Below, in pieces: positions 9,725 to 21,370 of a DNA stretch of 64,000 nucleotides. Position 1 is the first letter of the stretch. Each line of letters opens with the position of its first letter. Origin of the DNA: Candidatus Latescibacterota bacterium (GTDB lineage: Bacteria > Latescibacterota > UBA2968); contig OZ240241.1 of the NCBI GenBank assembly GCA_965198115.1, positions 5,984,001 through 6,048,000 on the forward strand, given 5' to 3'. The notes below the pieces were generated by a model. The model searched no databases and was not told the DNA's origin. It saw only the letters and a program-made list of their open reading frames with translations. Made by a program: the position numbers and the translations under genes.

Positions 9725-11717
9725 CGCGATTTACCCACTTCGACGAGCAACAGACCGTGCTCGTCCGTCCGGAACGACGCCCCTGGAGGGACGAGGGTCG
9801 TTGCGCCATCTTCCTCGATCACGGCGAGCCCACGAAGCGTCTTTTCGATCGGCAATGATCCACGATCGTAGACCGGACATACGATGGCCTCTTTCCCAAA
9901 CCGAACGCATCGATCCTCGATCGGCTCACCCGACCCTCCCGGCACGACGGGAAGCAACGCGTCGACTTGACGACTGTTGGCCTGAATGGCCGCCGTGCGA
10001 GCTCCTCTGACCTCCAGCGGAATCGCTTCGAGCCCGGGCAGACCCGCTCTCCCCGCGAACATCGATTTCAACGTACTCTCATCGAAACCAGACGGCGGGT
10101 GCAGGGTCACGCCGGTTGCCTGACTCCGATAAGCCACGTCGATCTCGACCACAATGTCGGCTTCGTCGACGCCCAGCGCCTCTCGCACGCTCGCCGTCTG
10201 TTCACCGATCAGCGTATGCAGGTCGACCAGACACGCCTCGGTGACCGGGATGGAAACCTGTGCGGATCGGATTTCACGCCGCTCGGCCAGGAGACCTCCC
10301 CACGCGGAGAACAGACCGGCGCGGGGGGGAACGAGGACGGTCGGAATGCCGAGGTCGGTCGCGATACCGGCAGCGTGCAAAGGACCGGCGCCTCCGTAGG
10401 CAACGAGGATTGCCTCATCCAGCGGGCAACGCTTTTCCAAAGAGAGCGTCCGGAGTTCGCAGGCCATCATTTCGTCGATCGTGTCCACGATCAACCATGC
10501 TGCTTCGGCCGCGTCAAGATCGAGGGGGGCCGCTACGCGTTCCACGACGACACGTCTCGCGGCGTCCTCGTCGAGGTGCCGCTCCCCTTCCGGCAGACGC
10601 AACCGGTTCTCCAACCGCCCCAGAACGATGTTTGCATCCGTGACCGCCGCCCGATGCGTTTGCTTCCCGTAACACGCCGGACCGGGGTCGGCGCCCAGAC
10701 CATCCGGCCCGACGTCGACGCCCCCCGTGTCGTTCGGTCGGACGATCGATCCGCCTCCTGCCCCGATCGTCGTAATGTCCAGCATCTCGACCGCAATCGG
10801 CAGACCGAACCCGAGTGTGCGTTCCCGCGTCAGCGAAGGCACACCGTCTGCGACCAGACACGCATCGAAGCTCGTTCCACCCATATCACACGTCACGAAA
10901 GACGTGTAGCCCGCCAGCGCACATAGATGGTGCGCCCCGCTCACGCCTGCCGCCGGACCCGAAACGGCCGTACGGGCTGCGTCACTCACGGCGTCGTCCG
11001 GAACCACACTGCCGCCATCCGACGTCACGATCCGGAGCCTGTCACCACAGCCGACGGTCTTCAGCTCGCGGTTCAGCGAACGGAGATACCGTTCGATCAT
11101 CGGCGTAACATAGGTGCTGGCCGCGGCGGTCGAGAATCGCTCGAATTCTGACGATACGTCACAGACCGACGAAGAGCAGACGATCGGCACCTCCGGCAAT
11201 ATCGCTTTGACACCCTCTCGAACCCGCTGCTCGTTCGATCCATCGGTCGTCGAGTGAAGAAGACCCACCACAATGGCTTCCACCTTCTTTTCTCGCAACG
11301 CGATGGCGAGCTCGCGAATGGCGTTTCCATCGACAACGCGTTCTACACCCTCGGGTGTCGTCCTCTCATCGATCTCGAAGCGCAGTTCCCTCGGAACCAG
11401 AGGATCGAATCGGGGCTCCGAACCGTAGGGCGAACGTCGGGTGCCACGTCTCAACTCGAGGACATCCCGAAACCCGCGCGTCGTGATCATTCCGCATCGC
11501 GAACCCTTTCGCTCCACCAGCGCGTTCGTCGCCACCGTCGTGCCGTGGAGAATTTCGTCCACTTCGGAGGCGGGAACGCCCACGCTGCCGAGCGCTTCGA
11601 GGAAGCCCCGGGCATAGTCATCTGGTGTCGATGGCACCTTGACGATCGCAGGGCTCCGTCCGACCAGCAGACCAGATCCGTGAATGTGCCGCCAATGTCG
11701 ACGCCGACCAGAACCAC
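9721..11717 (-). CDS. Hydantoinase A/oxoprolinase family protein (1-nt frameshift at ~11648)
   Basis: GVDIGGTFTD (ORF 11487..11717) continues as VKVPSTP, HGTTVATNAL, SGPAAGV, DMGGTSFD, IGAGGGSI, GADPGPACY, YGGAGPLH. Confidence 0.88.
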
Positions 11718-11719
11718 GA

Positions 11720-12952
11720 TCAGTGTACCTTCAGCCAGCCCACGGGATCCAACGCTTCTTCTCCCTTCATCAGCTCGAAGTGCAGTCGGGCCTTGCCGTC
11801 AAGCCGACCCGTACTGCCGACCGTGCCCAGAATCGCTCCTTCGTCCAGGATCTCTTCGGCGCGGACATTGCGTGTGGCCAGGTGGCCGTAAAGCGTAAAA
11901 TACCCTCCCGGATGGCGGAGCAACACGAGCTGTCCATAGCCACGGAGCCAGTCCACCAGTACGACCTCACCCGGGGCGACGGCCTGCACGTCAGTGCCTT
12001 CGGGCGCGTCGATGTCGATGCCCCGATTGAACGTCCAAGTCTTCAATTCAGGATCCTGGTGACGACCGAATCGAGAGACGATGCGACCTTCCGTCGGACG
12101 TCGCAGCTCGCCTCGCTTGCCGTCGAAATCGAAAGGCGGCAACTCGGCAAGTCGTAAGCCCGCCCGCTGGCGCCGTTCGATCTCTTTGATGATCTCGCCG
12201 ATCCTGGCGGTGACTTCGACCTTGTGCGTTTCACTTTGCTGGATCTCGTCCCGGTAGACGTCTTCCTGTTGGACGAGCCACTTCAATTGCTTCGACTTTT
12301 CCTTCGCATCACCGCTCAACGTTTGCTCGACCGACCGCTTTGCCTTCAGGAGAGAGGCCTGATGGGCCAGCTGTGCCCGTCTCAGCTGCAGGACCTCGTG
12401 CAAGCGCAAGCGATCTGCCCGTAGGGCTTCGAGATCGACTTGGTCCTGCACAGCCGCTTTCTCCAGGTAGAGCAGCTGCCTGACACCTTCGATGAACGAG
12501 CCGGAGCTGAACAGAATCGCTACGGAGCTCGCCGCATCAACCCGGCCATTCCGACCAAGGGGATTCTGACGGCTGCGCTTGTAGGTTTCTCGGATGCGCG
12601 CAGCCGTTCCGCGTTCACGCGCTGCCAACGACCGTTCTGCTCGCGTAACGTCGTGCGATGTTCGATCGAGGCGACTCGACAGCTGGTTCTCGCGTGTTCG
12701 AAGTCGTTTGAGTTCACCCCGCGTGCTCGCGATGCGCTTCTCGATCGCGCCGATCTCGTCAGCCACCGACACCTTGGCCCGGGAGGTTTTCTTCAGCGCC
12801 TTCCTCCCGGCAGCCAGCTCCGCTTCCAGACTGTCGAGGGCGGCTTGCTCCGCCTCCAGCCGGCGCTTCAGATCCGATTGCGCGACGCTCGCAGAGATGC
12901 AGACCGCAAAAGCCAGAGCGACGGGAGCGATGTGATTAAAAAAACGAATCAC
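11720..12952 (-). CDS. envC: Murein hydrolase activator EnvC-like protein (coiled coil + M23 domain)
   Basis: Signal peptide, long coiled coil, NRGIDI/GYGQLVLLRH/TLYGHL/LHFEL M23 motifs; follows ftsEX; GTG start at 12952. Confidence 0.8.
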   Translation of the reverse strand: MIRFFNHIAPVALAFAVCISASVAQSDLKRRLEAEQAALDSLEAELAAGRKALKKTSRAKVSVADEIGAIEKRIASTRGELKRLRTRENQLSSRLDRTSHDVTRAERSLAARERGTAARIRETYKRSRQNPLGRNGRVDAASSVAILFSSGSFIEGVRQLLYLEKAAVQDQVDLEALRADRLRLHEVLQLRRAQLAHQASLLKAKRSVEQTLSGDAKEKSKQLKWLVQQEDVYRDEIQQSETHKVEVTARIGEIIKEIERRQRAGLRLAELPPFDFDGKRGELRRPTEGRIVSRFGRHQDPELKTWTFNRGIDIDAPEGTDVQAVAPGEVVLVDWLRGYGQLVLLRHPGGYFTLYGHLATRNVRAEEILDEGAILGTVGSTGRLDGKARLHFELMKGEEALDPVGWLKVH

Positions 12953-12957
12953 GGTCC

Positions 12958-13821
12958 TCACCCGATCGCCTGCAACACGCGGTTCAGCGATGCCCAGCTT
13001 CCGACCACCCCCAGACCGGCTCCCAGGACGATCAGCGACACGGCTACCAGTGAGGGTGGCAAAAAGGCGCCGACGGGGACCACACCCGACCACAGTGAAG
13101 AGCTCACCATCACCGCCAGCGCCGCCAAAACCCCACCTGTCGTGCCCTGAAGACCGCCCCCCATCATAAACGTCGTGCGTATAAACCCGTTCGATGCTCC
13201 GACCACACGCATGACCTCGATCGCGTCCCGTTGAGCCAGAACCATCAGTTTGGCCGTGTTGCTCACGGCAAACCCGCACGCCAGACAGAGCACCGCCATC
13301 AGAAACAGACCTACCCAGACGCTCAGCTTCACGACCTGCTCCACCTGCTTGAGCCACTTTTCCCCCGTCTTGACCTGCTCCACGTCGCGATGTCCGTCAA
13401 CGAGGGCCGACACCGCCTCGGCCGACACCCGAACGGAGGCATCGGGCGAGAACCGAACACGCAGGGAGGCAGGAAGCGGATTGGTCGTCAACGCCGACAG
13501 CAGATCCTCGCCGAACAGCGTCTCGAATTCTTTGGCCGCGGCGGCCTTATCGATGTAGTCGACCACCGAAACACCATTGATCGACCGGAGATCTTCGCCC
13601 AACGCCATCGCTGCCTGGCGCGTGACTCCGTCTTTCAAGTAGATCTCGACTTCCACCCGATCTTTCAACGATGCCGCCGCCAGACGGGCGCCATCCAGCA
13701 GCTGGGCGAACACACCGATCAACAGAAGCGACGCGGCGATGGCCAGACAGGAAAGGACGCCGACCGTTCCCGTCCGATACAGCCCGAGACTGGCTTCCCG
13801 AAATGCACGCCCGATCGACAC
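12958..13821 (-). CDS. ftsX: Cell division ABC permease FtsX
   Basis: Four TM segments, NPLPAS, IEVMRVVGASNGFIR; lies between ftsE and envC. Confidence 0.88.
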   Translation of the reverse strand: MSIGRAFREASLGLYRTGTVGVLSCLAIAASLLLIGVFAQLLDGARLAAASLKDRVEVEIYLKDGVTRQAAMALGEDLRSINGVSVVDYIDKAAAAKEFETLFGEDLLSALTTNPLPASLRVRFSPDASVRVSAEAVSALVDGHRDVEQVKTGEKWLKQVEQVVKLSVWVGLFLMAVLCLACGFAVSNTAKLMVLAQRDAIEVMRVVGASNGFIRTTFMMGGGLQGTTGGVLAALAVMVSSSLWSGVVPVGAFLPPSLVAVSLIVLGAGLGVVGSWASLNRVLQAIG

Positions 13822-13835
13822 GTTGCGGTTCCTTT

Positions 13836-14486
13836 CTACTCCACCACACGCCCGCCGTCGAGCCGAATCGCACGACGCGGATGACGCTCGACGACCGACA
13901 GATCGTGCGTGGCCATCAGGACTGACGTTCCCCGCACGTTCATTTCACTGAAAATCGACAGCACCCGATCGGCCGACTCGCGATCCAGGTTGGCGGTCGG
14001 TTCGTCCGCCAGCAGAATGAACGGCTCGTTGATCAACGCCCGTGCGATCGCCACGCGCTGTTGTTCGCCTCCCGACAGCGACGACGGGTGTGCGTCCCGC
14101 ACGTGCAACAGATCGACGTAGGTCAGGAGCGACAGCGTCCGTTGTTTGACTTCCCTTCGAGGAAACCCGGTCACCTCGAGCGCGAACGCGACGTTTTCGT
14201 AGACGGTTCGATCGCGCAGGAGACGGAATTCTTGAAAGACCATTCCCACGCGCCGGCGAACGTTCGGAATACTTCGATCCTGGATCGTGGACGAATCGTA
14301 TTCCCCGACGAACACGACGCCACGGGTCGGGCGTTCCTCGAACATGAGAAGCCGCAGCAGCGTGGTCTTTCCGGCTCCTGTGGCACCCAGGATATACACG
14401 AACTCCCCGCGGTCCACCTCGAAGTCGACATCTTCGAGCAACACGCGACCGTCCCGTTCCACCCACACGTGCTGAAACTCGACCAT
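13836..14486 (-). CDS. ftsE: Cell division ATP-binding protein FtsE
   Basis: GATGAGKTT, RRRVGMVFQEFRLL, LSGGEQQRVAIARA, LADEPTANLD. Confidence 0.9.
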   Translation of the reverse strand: MVEFQHVWVERDGRVLLEDVDFEVDRGEFVYILGATGAGKTTLLRLLMFEERPTRGVVFVGEYDSSTIQDRSIPNVRRRVGMVFQEFRLLRDRTVYENVAFALEVTGFPRREVKQRTLSLLTYVDLLHVRDAHPSSLSGGEQQRVAIARALINEPFILLADEPTANLDRESADRVLSIFSEMNVRGTSVLMATHDLSVVERHPRRAIRLDGGRVVE

Positions 14487-14488
14487 CG

Positions 14489-15244
14489 TCAGGCCCGCAA
14501 CACGAAGTGAACCCGATCCGAACGCTCCGTGGGGGACCGGAACCCGAATCCGTCGTAGGCCTCCTCCAGTCGAAAGGGGGAAGCCTCGATCACGGGCTCG
14601 ATTTCAGACAGGGGGTAGATGCGCTGTCGATGCCGCTCGTTCACGACCCGCTTGGGTTTCTTGAACGTGATCTCGAAGTCGTTGAACTGGATGCCCTCAC
14701 GGAAGTAACTGTGTCGTGTGTAGGAGAATCCATCGCCGCGTTCCCGTTCGCGAAGGTCGCTGAAGTAGCGCACGGAATTCGCTTCGGTACAGAGGTCGAA
14801 GATGAACAGACCGCCCGGATAGATCGTCTCGTGGATGCGGTCGAGAGCGACGGCGAAGTCGTCGAGGGACATGAGATAGTTCATGCTGTCGTAGAGGCAC
14901 ACTGCCGTGTCATACGGCTTGAACCCTTCTAGATCCAGGAACGCCTGATTCCAAAACGGGATGTCGTAGCCCGCTTCGACGGCCTTCTCCTTCGCGCGTT
15001 CCAGCATGGGTGCGCACCCGTCGGCGCCGCCGGTCCGGTAGCCCCGCTTGCGTAGCTCGATCGTCAGGGAACCCGTTCCGCACGCAATGTCGAGGATGGT
15101 CCGCGCGACCATGTCGTGACGCACCAACAGGGACTCGACGTAGTCGGCCCAGTGTACGTAGTCGACGTGCCGCATCACATAGTCGTAGATCGTCGCGAGC
15201 GCTGTGTAAGGCGTCTGGAACTCGGTTTGTTCTCGATTCAACAC
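14489..15244 (-). CDS. Class I SAM-dependent methyltransferase
   Basis: ILDIACGTG, CLYDSMNYL, PGGLFIFD. Confidence 0.85.
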   Translation of the reverse strand: MLNREQTEFQTPYTALATIYDYVMRHVDYVHWADYVESLLVRHDMVARTILDIACGTGSLTIELRKRGYRTGGADGCAPMLERAKEKAVEAGYDIPFWNQAFLDLEGFKPYDTAVCLYDSMNYLMSLDDFAVALDRIHETIYPGGLFIFDLCTEANSVRYFSDLRERERGDGFSYTRHSYFREGIQFNDFEITFKKPKRVVNERHRQRIYPLSEIEPVIEASPFRLEEAYDGFGFRSPTERSDRVHFVLRA

Positions 15245-15314
15245 GCACCAAATGAAAACGGTCAGCCTGTTCGGTTCGGCTGACCGGAATCAGATCTCCC
15301 TTCGAGCGGGCGCC

Positions 15315-15587
15315 TCAGAAATCGGTGACGTCTCGGGATTCGTCCCGCAAAACCCGGTGGTAGAGGTGGGCTTCCCCTTTTGCTACGTTGCCCGTCGGCA
15401 ACCCCAGCACCTCGACTTTCAAAAACCGGTCCACGAACGCGATCGCGATCCGTTGCCCGGGGATGACCTCTCGCCCTGCCTTCGCCACGTGTTCGTCGAC
15501 GCTGACGATTCCGTTGTCGCACGCGCGCTTGGCGTCCGCCCGGCGTTTGATTAGAAAGGTCTTCTTCAGGAAAAGGTCCAGGCGCAC
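15315..15587 (-). CDS. S4-domain RNA-binding protein (YabO/RqcP-Hsp15 family)
   Basis: MRLDLFLKKTFLIKRRADAKRACDNG...AKAGREV; 90 aa. Confidence 0.82.
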   Translation of the reverse strand: MRLDLFLKKTFLIKRRADAKRACDNGIVSVDEHVAKAGREVIPGQRIAIAFVDRFLKVEVLGLPTGNVAKGEAHLYHRVLRDESRDVTDF

Positions 15588-15599
15588 GGCTTCTCGACC

Positions 15600-16850
15600 T
15601 CAGGGAAGCCGAATGTCCACGTGGAGTTTATCTCGTGTCTCAGCCATCAGACGGTCGAAAAGATCCTGGAGCTTTGACTGGCGAACCAGATCTTCGAGTT
15701 CGGCGTCTTCATCGTTGACCCGAACGAGATGCCATCCGAACTCCGACTGAATCGGAGGACTCACATCGCCCAACGACATTCCAGACATGGCGTGCGCGAA
15801 CCCCGGTGGGGGATTTTCTTCCGTATAGGTCCCCAGAGTCCCGCCCTGGGCAGCCGATTCGGCGTGGTCGGAAAATTCTCGAGCCAGATCGGCGAAGTTC
15901 TCGCCGTTCTGAACGCGTTCGTAGAGTTTTACCGTCTTCTGGTAGGCCAGTGTCACGTCAGCCTCCGACGGCTGGAGGGCGATCAATATGTGACGCGCGC
16001 GGACTCGCTCACCAGAGATTTCTTCCAACTTGAGGATGTGGAAGCCGAAGTCGCTCTTCACGACCTCGCTCAGCTCACCCGGGCGAAGCGCGTAGGCTGC
16101 CGTTTCGACTTCCGAAACCATGTCGCCGCGGCCGAAGAACCCCAGGTCGCCGCCGTTCGGGCCGCTTCCAGGATCTTCCGAAAACTCGCGTGCCAGGGCG
16201 GCGAAATCCACGCCCTTCCGTGCGCGTTCCAGGATGAGCTCGATCCGTCCCCGGGCTTCGTTCTGCCGGTCGGGAGCGGCCACGGGCGACACCATGATGT
16301 GGCTCAGGGAGTAGATGGGTGGCAACCGGCCCTCGTGCCGGGTTCGAAAGTCCTGAAGATCCCGTCGCGTGACCGACACATCCTGAACCATCCGGCCATA
16401 CATCATCTGCCGGATCATCTCCTTACGGAATCGCTTTCGCAATCGATCCCGCACCTCGCGTTCGGTCAAACCCTCTTCCCGCAACTGCTGTGAGAAGACT
16501 GCAGCCCCATACTCATCTTTCATCTCACGGATCCGCTCTCGAACGCGTTCTTCGATCACGTCTCGAGGAACCTCGACGCTGTCCTCTTTGGCCCTCGCAA
16601 GCAGAAGCTGTTCCTGAATCAGATTCTCCAGGAGCTCGAGAAAGATCTTCTCCCCCTTGCCCGCTACAAGATCTTCGCGCGACAGTCCCTGCTGCAGAGC
16701 CACGACCGCCATCTGCGTGAGGATGTCCGATCGCAGGATGATCGATCGGTCGACGACCGCCACGATCTCGTCGGCGAGCTCACGGCGAGCCGCCGAGTGG
16801 GCGGGCACCACGATCATCGCGATCAGTAGCCACGGGAGACAGCGTTTCAC
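15600..16850 (-). CDS. surA: SurA-like periplasmic chaperone/peptidyl-prolyl isomerase
   Basis: Signal peptide, DEIVAVVD N-domain, two parvulin domains (FAALAREFSEDPGS..NGGDLG; FGFHI / FGWHL). Confidence 0.8.
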   Translation of the reverse strand: MKRCLPWLLIAMIVVPAHSAARRELADEIVAVVDRSIILRSDILTQMAVVALQQGLSREDLVAGKGEKIFLELLENLIQEQLLLARAKEDSVEVPRDVIEERVRERIREMKDEYGAAVFSQQLREEGLTEREVRDRLRKRFRKEMIRQMMYGRMVQDVSVTRRDLQDFRTRHEGRLPPIYSLSHIMVSPVAAPDRQNEARGRIELILERARKGVDFAALAREFSEDPGSGPNGGDLGFFGRGDMVSEVETAAYALRPGELSEVVKSDFGFHILKLEEISGERVRARHILIALQPSEADVTLAYQKTVKLYERVQNGENFADLAREFSDHAESAAQGGTLGTYTEENPPPGFAHAMSGMSLGDVSPPIQSEFGWHLVRVNDEDAELEDLVRQSKLQDLFDRLMAETRDKLHVDIRLP

Positions 16851-17680
16851 GTCAGTTTGTGTCCGATTTCAGCGCGTCTTCGTAAACTAGTGACCGGCAC
16901 GCGGTTTCTGATGGCGTCCAGCAGAGCCTGCCTGGCACGATCGCGGCGGGACGACAGAATCCGCTGTCGAATTTCGCCCCGCACCTCCAGCAGGTCTCTC
17001 ACGATACCGGCATCACGACGGTCGAGAACCTCGATCAGGTGGTGACCCAGGTGGGTCCGCGCCTGAACGGGCCGGCCGACTTGGGCCCCTTCGTAGACTG
17101 ACCAGAAGGCCGGGTCAACGCGGTCTTCGCTAAAGTAACCCAGGTCACCGCCTCGCTCGGCCGACTCGTCGATCGATTCTTCCCTCGCCACCTGATCGAA
17201 CAGTTCACCACGTTCGAGCCGGCCCTTCACACGGCCGAGGTCCGCCCGATTGGCGACGAGAATGTGTCGTGCCCGGAGCGACGGCTGGTCGCGAACGAAA
17301 TCATCCTGATGCTCCAGGTAGTATTGCTGGATCGTCTCCTCGTTCAGATCCGCGTCCTGCGAATAGGTTCGCTCGAGCAACTCGGCCGTGAGCAGGTCGC
17401 GGCGCGCCTGCTCGATCTGTTGCAGGAGGGAGAGGTCCTTGTCCAGCTCCAGCCGAGTCGCCTCCTGGTAGAATAATTGCTCATCCACCCACGCATCGAC
17501 CAGCCGGCGTCGATCCGCTGCGTGCACACGGCCCGCCATCTGGACGGGGATTCGCGAGTCCAGCTCCTGAGCGGTCAAATAGGTCTTTCCGACCTTCGCC
17601 AGGAGGTCACCCGTCGGCACGTCCTGACAGCCGAACCCGACCAGACAGATCAGGGCCAACGCCGCACGACGGACGCCCAT
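16847..17680 (-). CDS. PpiC-type peptidyl-prolyl isomerase lipoprotein (PrsA-like)
   Basis: Lipobox LVGFGC, ARHILV, ERGGDLGYF; ATG at 17680. Confidence 0.8.
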   Translation of the reverse strand: MGVRRAALALICLVGFGCQDVPTGDLLAKVGKTYLTAQELDSRIPVQMAGRVHAADRRRLVDAWVDEQLFYQEATRLELDKDLSLLQQIEQARRDLLTAELLERTYSQDADLNEETIQQYYLEHQDDFVRDQPSLRARHILVANRADLGRVKGRLERGELFDQVAREESIDESAERGGDLGYFSEDRVDPAFWSVYEGAQVGRPVQARTHLGHHLIEVLDRRDAGIVRDLLEVRGEIRQRILSSRRDRARQALLDAIRNRVPVTSLRRRAEIGHKLT

Positions 17681-17754
17681 GAAAATACCCTCGAATCGCT
17701 CTAACTCTCTGAAGATCAAAAAGTTCCGTCAATATTACCGCGGAATATAGGGCT

Positions 17755-20700
17755 TCAAATCAGGCTCATCAATACCTTTTTGGCCGACGCAACTCGTCCC
17801 GCGGCGCTGTTGCCTTCCAACTCGACTTCGATCTTCGCCGTCTCGCCCAGAAGGAACTGGAGGGGCTGGGGCGACTGCTTGACCATGCGTTCCACGTCTC
17901 CACGCGATAACGGGGCGTCGGACAGGAACGTCAGCGTCAAGATCTGACCCACGTTGAGCGTCTCGATCTTGAGCTGCCGGCTCAACAGACGAAGATGGAG
18001 CGTGTCCAGGAGCGACGACGTCGGTTCGGGAAGTTTACCAAAGCGATCCTGGAGCTCTTCTTCGATCGCCAGGACCTCGACCGGCTGGTGTACTTCCCCA
18101 AGACGCTGGTAGAAGCTCATCTTCTCGTCGGCATCGGGCAAGTAGTCGTCGGGAATGTAGGCCGATACGCTCACTTGAATGTCGGGATCGACCCCGGGTT
18201 CCACCTCCACACCCTTGATCTCGTTGACCGCCTCATCCAGCAGTCGACAATACATATCGAACCCGATCGCAGAGATGTGTCCGTGCTGTTGGGCGCCCAG
18301 TAGGTTTCCTGCGCCGCGAATCTCCATGTCTCGCATCGAGATGTGAAAACCCGAACCCAGATCGGAGAATTCCTCGATCGCTCGAAGCCGTCTCACGGCT
18401 GGTTTTCGCAGCGCCTTCCACGACTGGATCAACAGGAAAGCGTAGGCCCGCTGATTGGACCGGCCCACGCGACCTCGAAGCTGGTAGAGCTGCGCCAGAC
18501 CCAACCGGTCGGCGCGGTTCACGATCAGCGTGTTCACGGAAGGGATGTCCAAACCCGACTCGATGATCATCGTCGAAATGAGACAGTCATACTTCCGATC
18601 CATGAAGTCGATCATCACTTTTTCAAGGTCTCGCTCCGCCATCTGTCCGTGCCCCACGCCGAAACGTACCTGGGGAACGAGTCGCTCCAAGAATTCCTTC
18701 ATCGTGTGGATCGACTGGATGCGGTTGTGTACGAAGTAAACCTGCCCCCCGCGGTCGATCTCTCGTAGAATGGCCTCGGCGATATGCTCTTCCGAAAACG
18801 CCTGGATCTCCGTGTGGATGGGCAGCCGCTCTTTGGGTGCTGTTTCGATGATCGACATGTCGCGTGCCCCCATCAGCGACATGTGGAGGGTGCGAGGAAT
18901 CGGTGTGGCTGTCAGCGTCAGAACGTCGACGAGTCGACGCAACTGTTTGAGGCGCTCCTTGTGACGCACCCCGAAGCGGTGTTCTTCGTCCACGACCAGC
19001 AGACCGAGATCCTTGAACGCGACATCTTTGGACAGCAGTCGGTGCGTGCCGATCAGCACATCCACTCGACCCGATTTTGCACCCATGATGACCCTGGTTT
19101 GCTCGGTCCGCGTGCGAAAACGTGAGAGGACGTCCACGCGAACGGGTAGCTCTTGCATCCGCTCCTGAAACGTGCGCCCGTGCTGTTGGGCCAGAATCGT
19201 CGTCGGCACGAGCACAGCGACCTGTTTTCCGTCACTGATCGCCTTGAACGCCGCGCGAATGGCGACTTCGGTCTTTCCGTAGCCGACATCACCGCAGATC
19301 AGACGGTCCATCGGCGCGGAGGCTTCCATGTCTTCGCGAACGTCATCGATCGCCTGCATCTGGTCACGCGTTTCCTGATAGGGGAACGAAGCGGCCAGAG
19401 CCAGGTGGAGCGCGCCGTCGGTGGCAAACGACGTACCGGGTCGAGCCTTCCGCTCGGCATACAGCGCGACGAGCTCTGTCGCCATCTTGAAGATTTCCTT
19501 CTTCGTCTTCTCCTTGACACGCTCCCACGCCGCCGTGCCCAGCTTGCTCAGGATCGGGGCCGCACCCTCCTGGCTCGAGTACTTCTGAACCCGGTCCATC
19601 TGGTCGACCGGCACGAAAACCCGGTCTCCTTCGCGGTAGGACAGAGTCAGACAGTCACGGCTGATCCCGTCGACCGACAACCGATCGAGACCCGCGTAAC
19701 GGCCGATCCCGTGGTCTACGTGCACCACGAAATCCCCCTTCTGGAGCGCCGTCACGCTCTTTATAGGTGCACCTTCACTGAATCGTCGGTAGCGCCTCTG
19801 CCGACGGTGTCGGCTGTAGACCTCGTGGTCGTTCGTCACCGCCACCTGGCCGGCAGGATAGATGAACCCGGTCTGGAGCGTTCCGACATCGACCGCAAGC
19901 GTCGCGCTCGATTCGGCCAGCAACTCCTCCATTCGGGCCTTCTGACCCTGGCTCTCGCACAACAGTACCAGATCGTATCCGTCACGCCAGAGTCGGGTCA
20001 GGTCGTCTTCCAGGACGGGAAGGTGCCCCTCGTATCGCCGGGCGGAAAGACCCCCGAAGTCCAGGCAGTTTTCTGGTGTTCCCAGCACTTCATTTTGGAC
20101 ACGGGCCCTCGCTGCCAAGTGGGTCTGGACGGAGTCGACCGACACGACCACCTCTGTCCACGGCAGGGGTTCAGGTTCGTCACGTCTGGGTTTCTGTCTC
20201 TCCGCCGACTTCTGAATCCGTTCGGTGGCGCTCTCGAGTGCCGTCTCGACGGACGGAGGATCGTCCACGAAGACAAGCCCTTCTTCGGGCACGTGATCGA
20301 ACAACGTGCACGTTCCTTCATACAGCGTGCCCAGATACTGCTCTGCGCCGTCGAAGGCCCCCTCCGTCGCGAGGGACTCTCTAAGGACCGTCAGGTCGAT
20401 TCCTACCCGTTTTTCGAGCGCAACGAGGTTTTCCTGGTAGACATCCTGCATCGTATCGACGAAAACGACCTCCCGGGCTGGCAGGATGCGAACGGTCTCG
20501 AGCGTTTCCACCGAACGCTGGGTCACCAGGTCGAAGGCACGGATCGACGTGATCTCATCCCCCCAGAACTCGAGTCGAACGGGGTGATCGTTTCCGAAGG
20601 AGCAGACGTCCAGAATGCCGCCGCGGATCGAGAACTGACCAACTCCCTCGACCCGCTTCACGTGTTCGTAGCCCGTCTCGACCAGATGGGTCGCGAGTTC

Positions 20701-21234
20701 CTGAAGGTCGGCTTCATCCGAGACGCTCAAATCCTGTACCGCAAGGTCGTAAAGATCGAACGAAAGCGTATGGCTCAGCAGGGCCGACGCCGTCGTCACG
20801 ATGACGCCTTTGCCCGTGCGAAGCAGGTCGAGCGCCTCGACCCGGAGGCCCACGACATCCAGGTGGGGTGAGCGACCCTCATAGGGCGACATGTCCCAGT
20901 CGGGGAAGTAGCCGACGGTGCCAGGTGGCAGGATGCGTTCGAGATCGTCGCGAACGGCGTCGGCTCGCTCCGTGTCCGCATAGACGGCCAGAACCGGACG
21001 CGCGTGCAGTTCGGTCAGGTGCGCGAGGGCGAACGCGGCCAGCGAGCCGGGCAGACCCCGAACCGGCAGCTGTGCCGATGCCTCGGGCAGGCGCTCTCCG
21101 AGCGCTCGGAAGGGCTCTGTTTCGCGGAGACGTCTGTAAATGCGCCTGATGGGCAGAGAAGCCTCTGAGGACAACGCCAAAAGCCACCTCCCTACATCGG
21201 GGAAGGTGGTCGGCAAAACAACAAATCGGCTCAA
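17755..21234 (-). CDS. mfd: Transcription-repair coupling factor
   Basis: [61 protein letters not shown]; true start may be slightly downstream. Confidence 0.96.
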   Translation of the reverse strand: MSRFVVLPTTFPDVGRWLLALSSEASLPIRRIYRRLRETEPFRALGERLPEASAQLPVRGLPGSLAAFALAHLTELHARPVLAVYADTERADAVRDDLERILPPGTVGYFPDWDMSPYEGRSPHLDVVGLRVEALDLLRTGKGVIVTTASALLSHTLSFDLYDLAVQDLSVSDEADLQELATHLVETGYEHVKRVEGVGQFSIRGGILDVCSFGNDHPVRLEFWGDEITSIRAFDLVTQRSVETLETVRILPAREVVFVDTMQDVYQENLVALEKRVGIDLTVLRESLATEGAFDGAEQYLGTLYEGTCTLFDHVPEEGLVFVDDPPSVETALESATERIQKSAERQKPRRDEPEPLPWTEVVVSVDSVQTHLAARARVQNEVLGTPENCLDFGGLSARRYEGHLPVLEDDLTRLWRDGYDLVLLCESQGQKARMEELLAESSATLAVDVGTLQTGFIYPAGQVAVTNDHEVYSRHRRQRRYRRFSEGAPIKSVTALQKGDFVVHVDHGIGRYAGLDRLSVDGISRDCLTLSYREGDRVFVPVDQMDRVQKYSSQEGAAPILSKLGTAAWERVKEKTKKEIFKMATELVALYAERKARPGTSFATDGALHLALAASFPYQETRDQMQAIDDVREDMEASAPMDRLICGDVGYGKTEVAIRAAFKAISDGKQVAVLVPTTILAQQHGRTFQERMQELPVRVDVLSRFRTRTEQTRVIMGAKSGRVDVLIGTHRLLSKDVAFKDLGLLVVDEEHRFGVRHKERLKQLRRLVDVLTLTATPIPRTLHMSLMGARDMSIIETAPKERLPIHTEIQAFSEEHIAEAILREIDRGGQVYFVHNRIQSIHTMKEFLERLVPQVRFGVGHGQMAERDLEKVMIDFMDRKYDCLISTMIIESGLDIPSVNTLIVNRADRLGLAQLYQLRGRVGRSNQRAYAFLLIQSWKALRKPAVRRLRAIEEFSDLGSGFHISMRDMEIRGAGNLLGAQQHGHISAIGFDMYCRLLDEAVNEIKGVEVEPGVDPDIQVSVSAYIPDDYLPDADEKMSFYQRLGEVHQPVEVLAIEEELQDRFGKLPEPTSSLLDTLHLRLLSRQLKIETLNVGQILTLTFLSDAPLSRGDVERMVKQSPQPLQFLLGETAKIEVELEGNSAAGRVASAKKVLMSLI

Positions 21235-21264
21235 GGCGAGGCGACGAGCCGAAGCGGGTAAATT

Positions 21265-21342
21265 TGGCGGGGTAGACGGGGCTCGAACCCGCGACCTTCG
21301 GCGTGACAGGCCGACACTCTAACCAGACTGAGCTACTACCCC
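21265..21342 (-). tRNA. tRNA-Asp(GTC)
   Basis: GGGGTAG/CTACCCC acceptor stem, TCGGC-CTGTCAC-GCCGA anticodon arm, GGTTCGAGCCC T arm, encoded CCA. Confidence 0.97.
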
Positions 21343-21370
21343 GCACCAAGACCTGGGGTCAAGGATTCGG

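Noticed and set aside
12953-13357. N-terminal extension of EnvC in the ORF track
   Set aside because: It overlaps ftsX out of frame; the signal peptide begins at the GTG at 12952.
19153-20871. Long antisense ORFs (also 46356..47831, 55434..56603, 57090..58577, 23869..24927)
   Set aside because: Shadow frames opposite well-supported genes, expected at high GC; no motifs.
21265-21342. tRNA-Asp as a prophage/island integration site
   Set aside because: No integrase, no duplicated tRNA 3' end, and the flanks are housekeeping genes.
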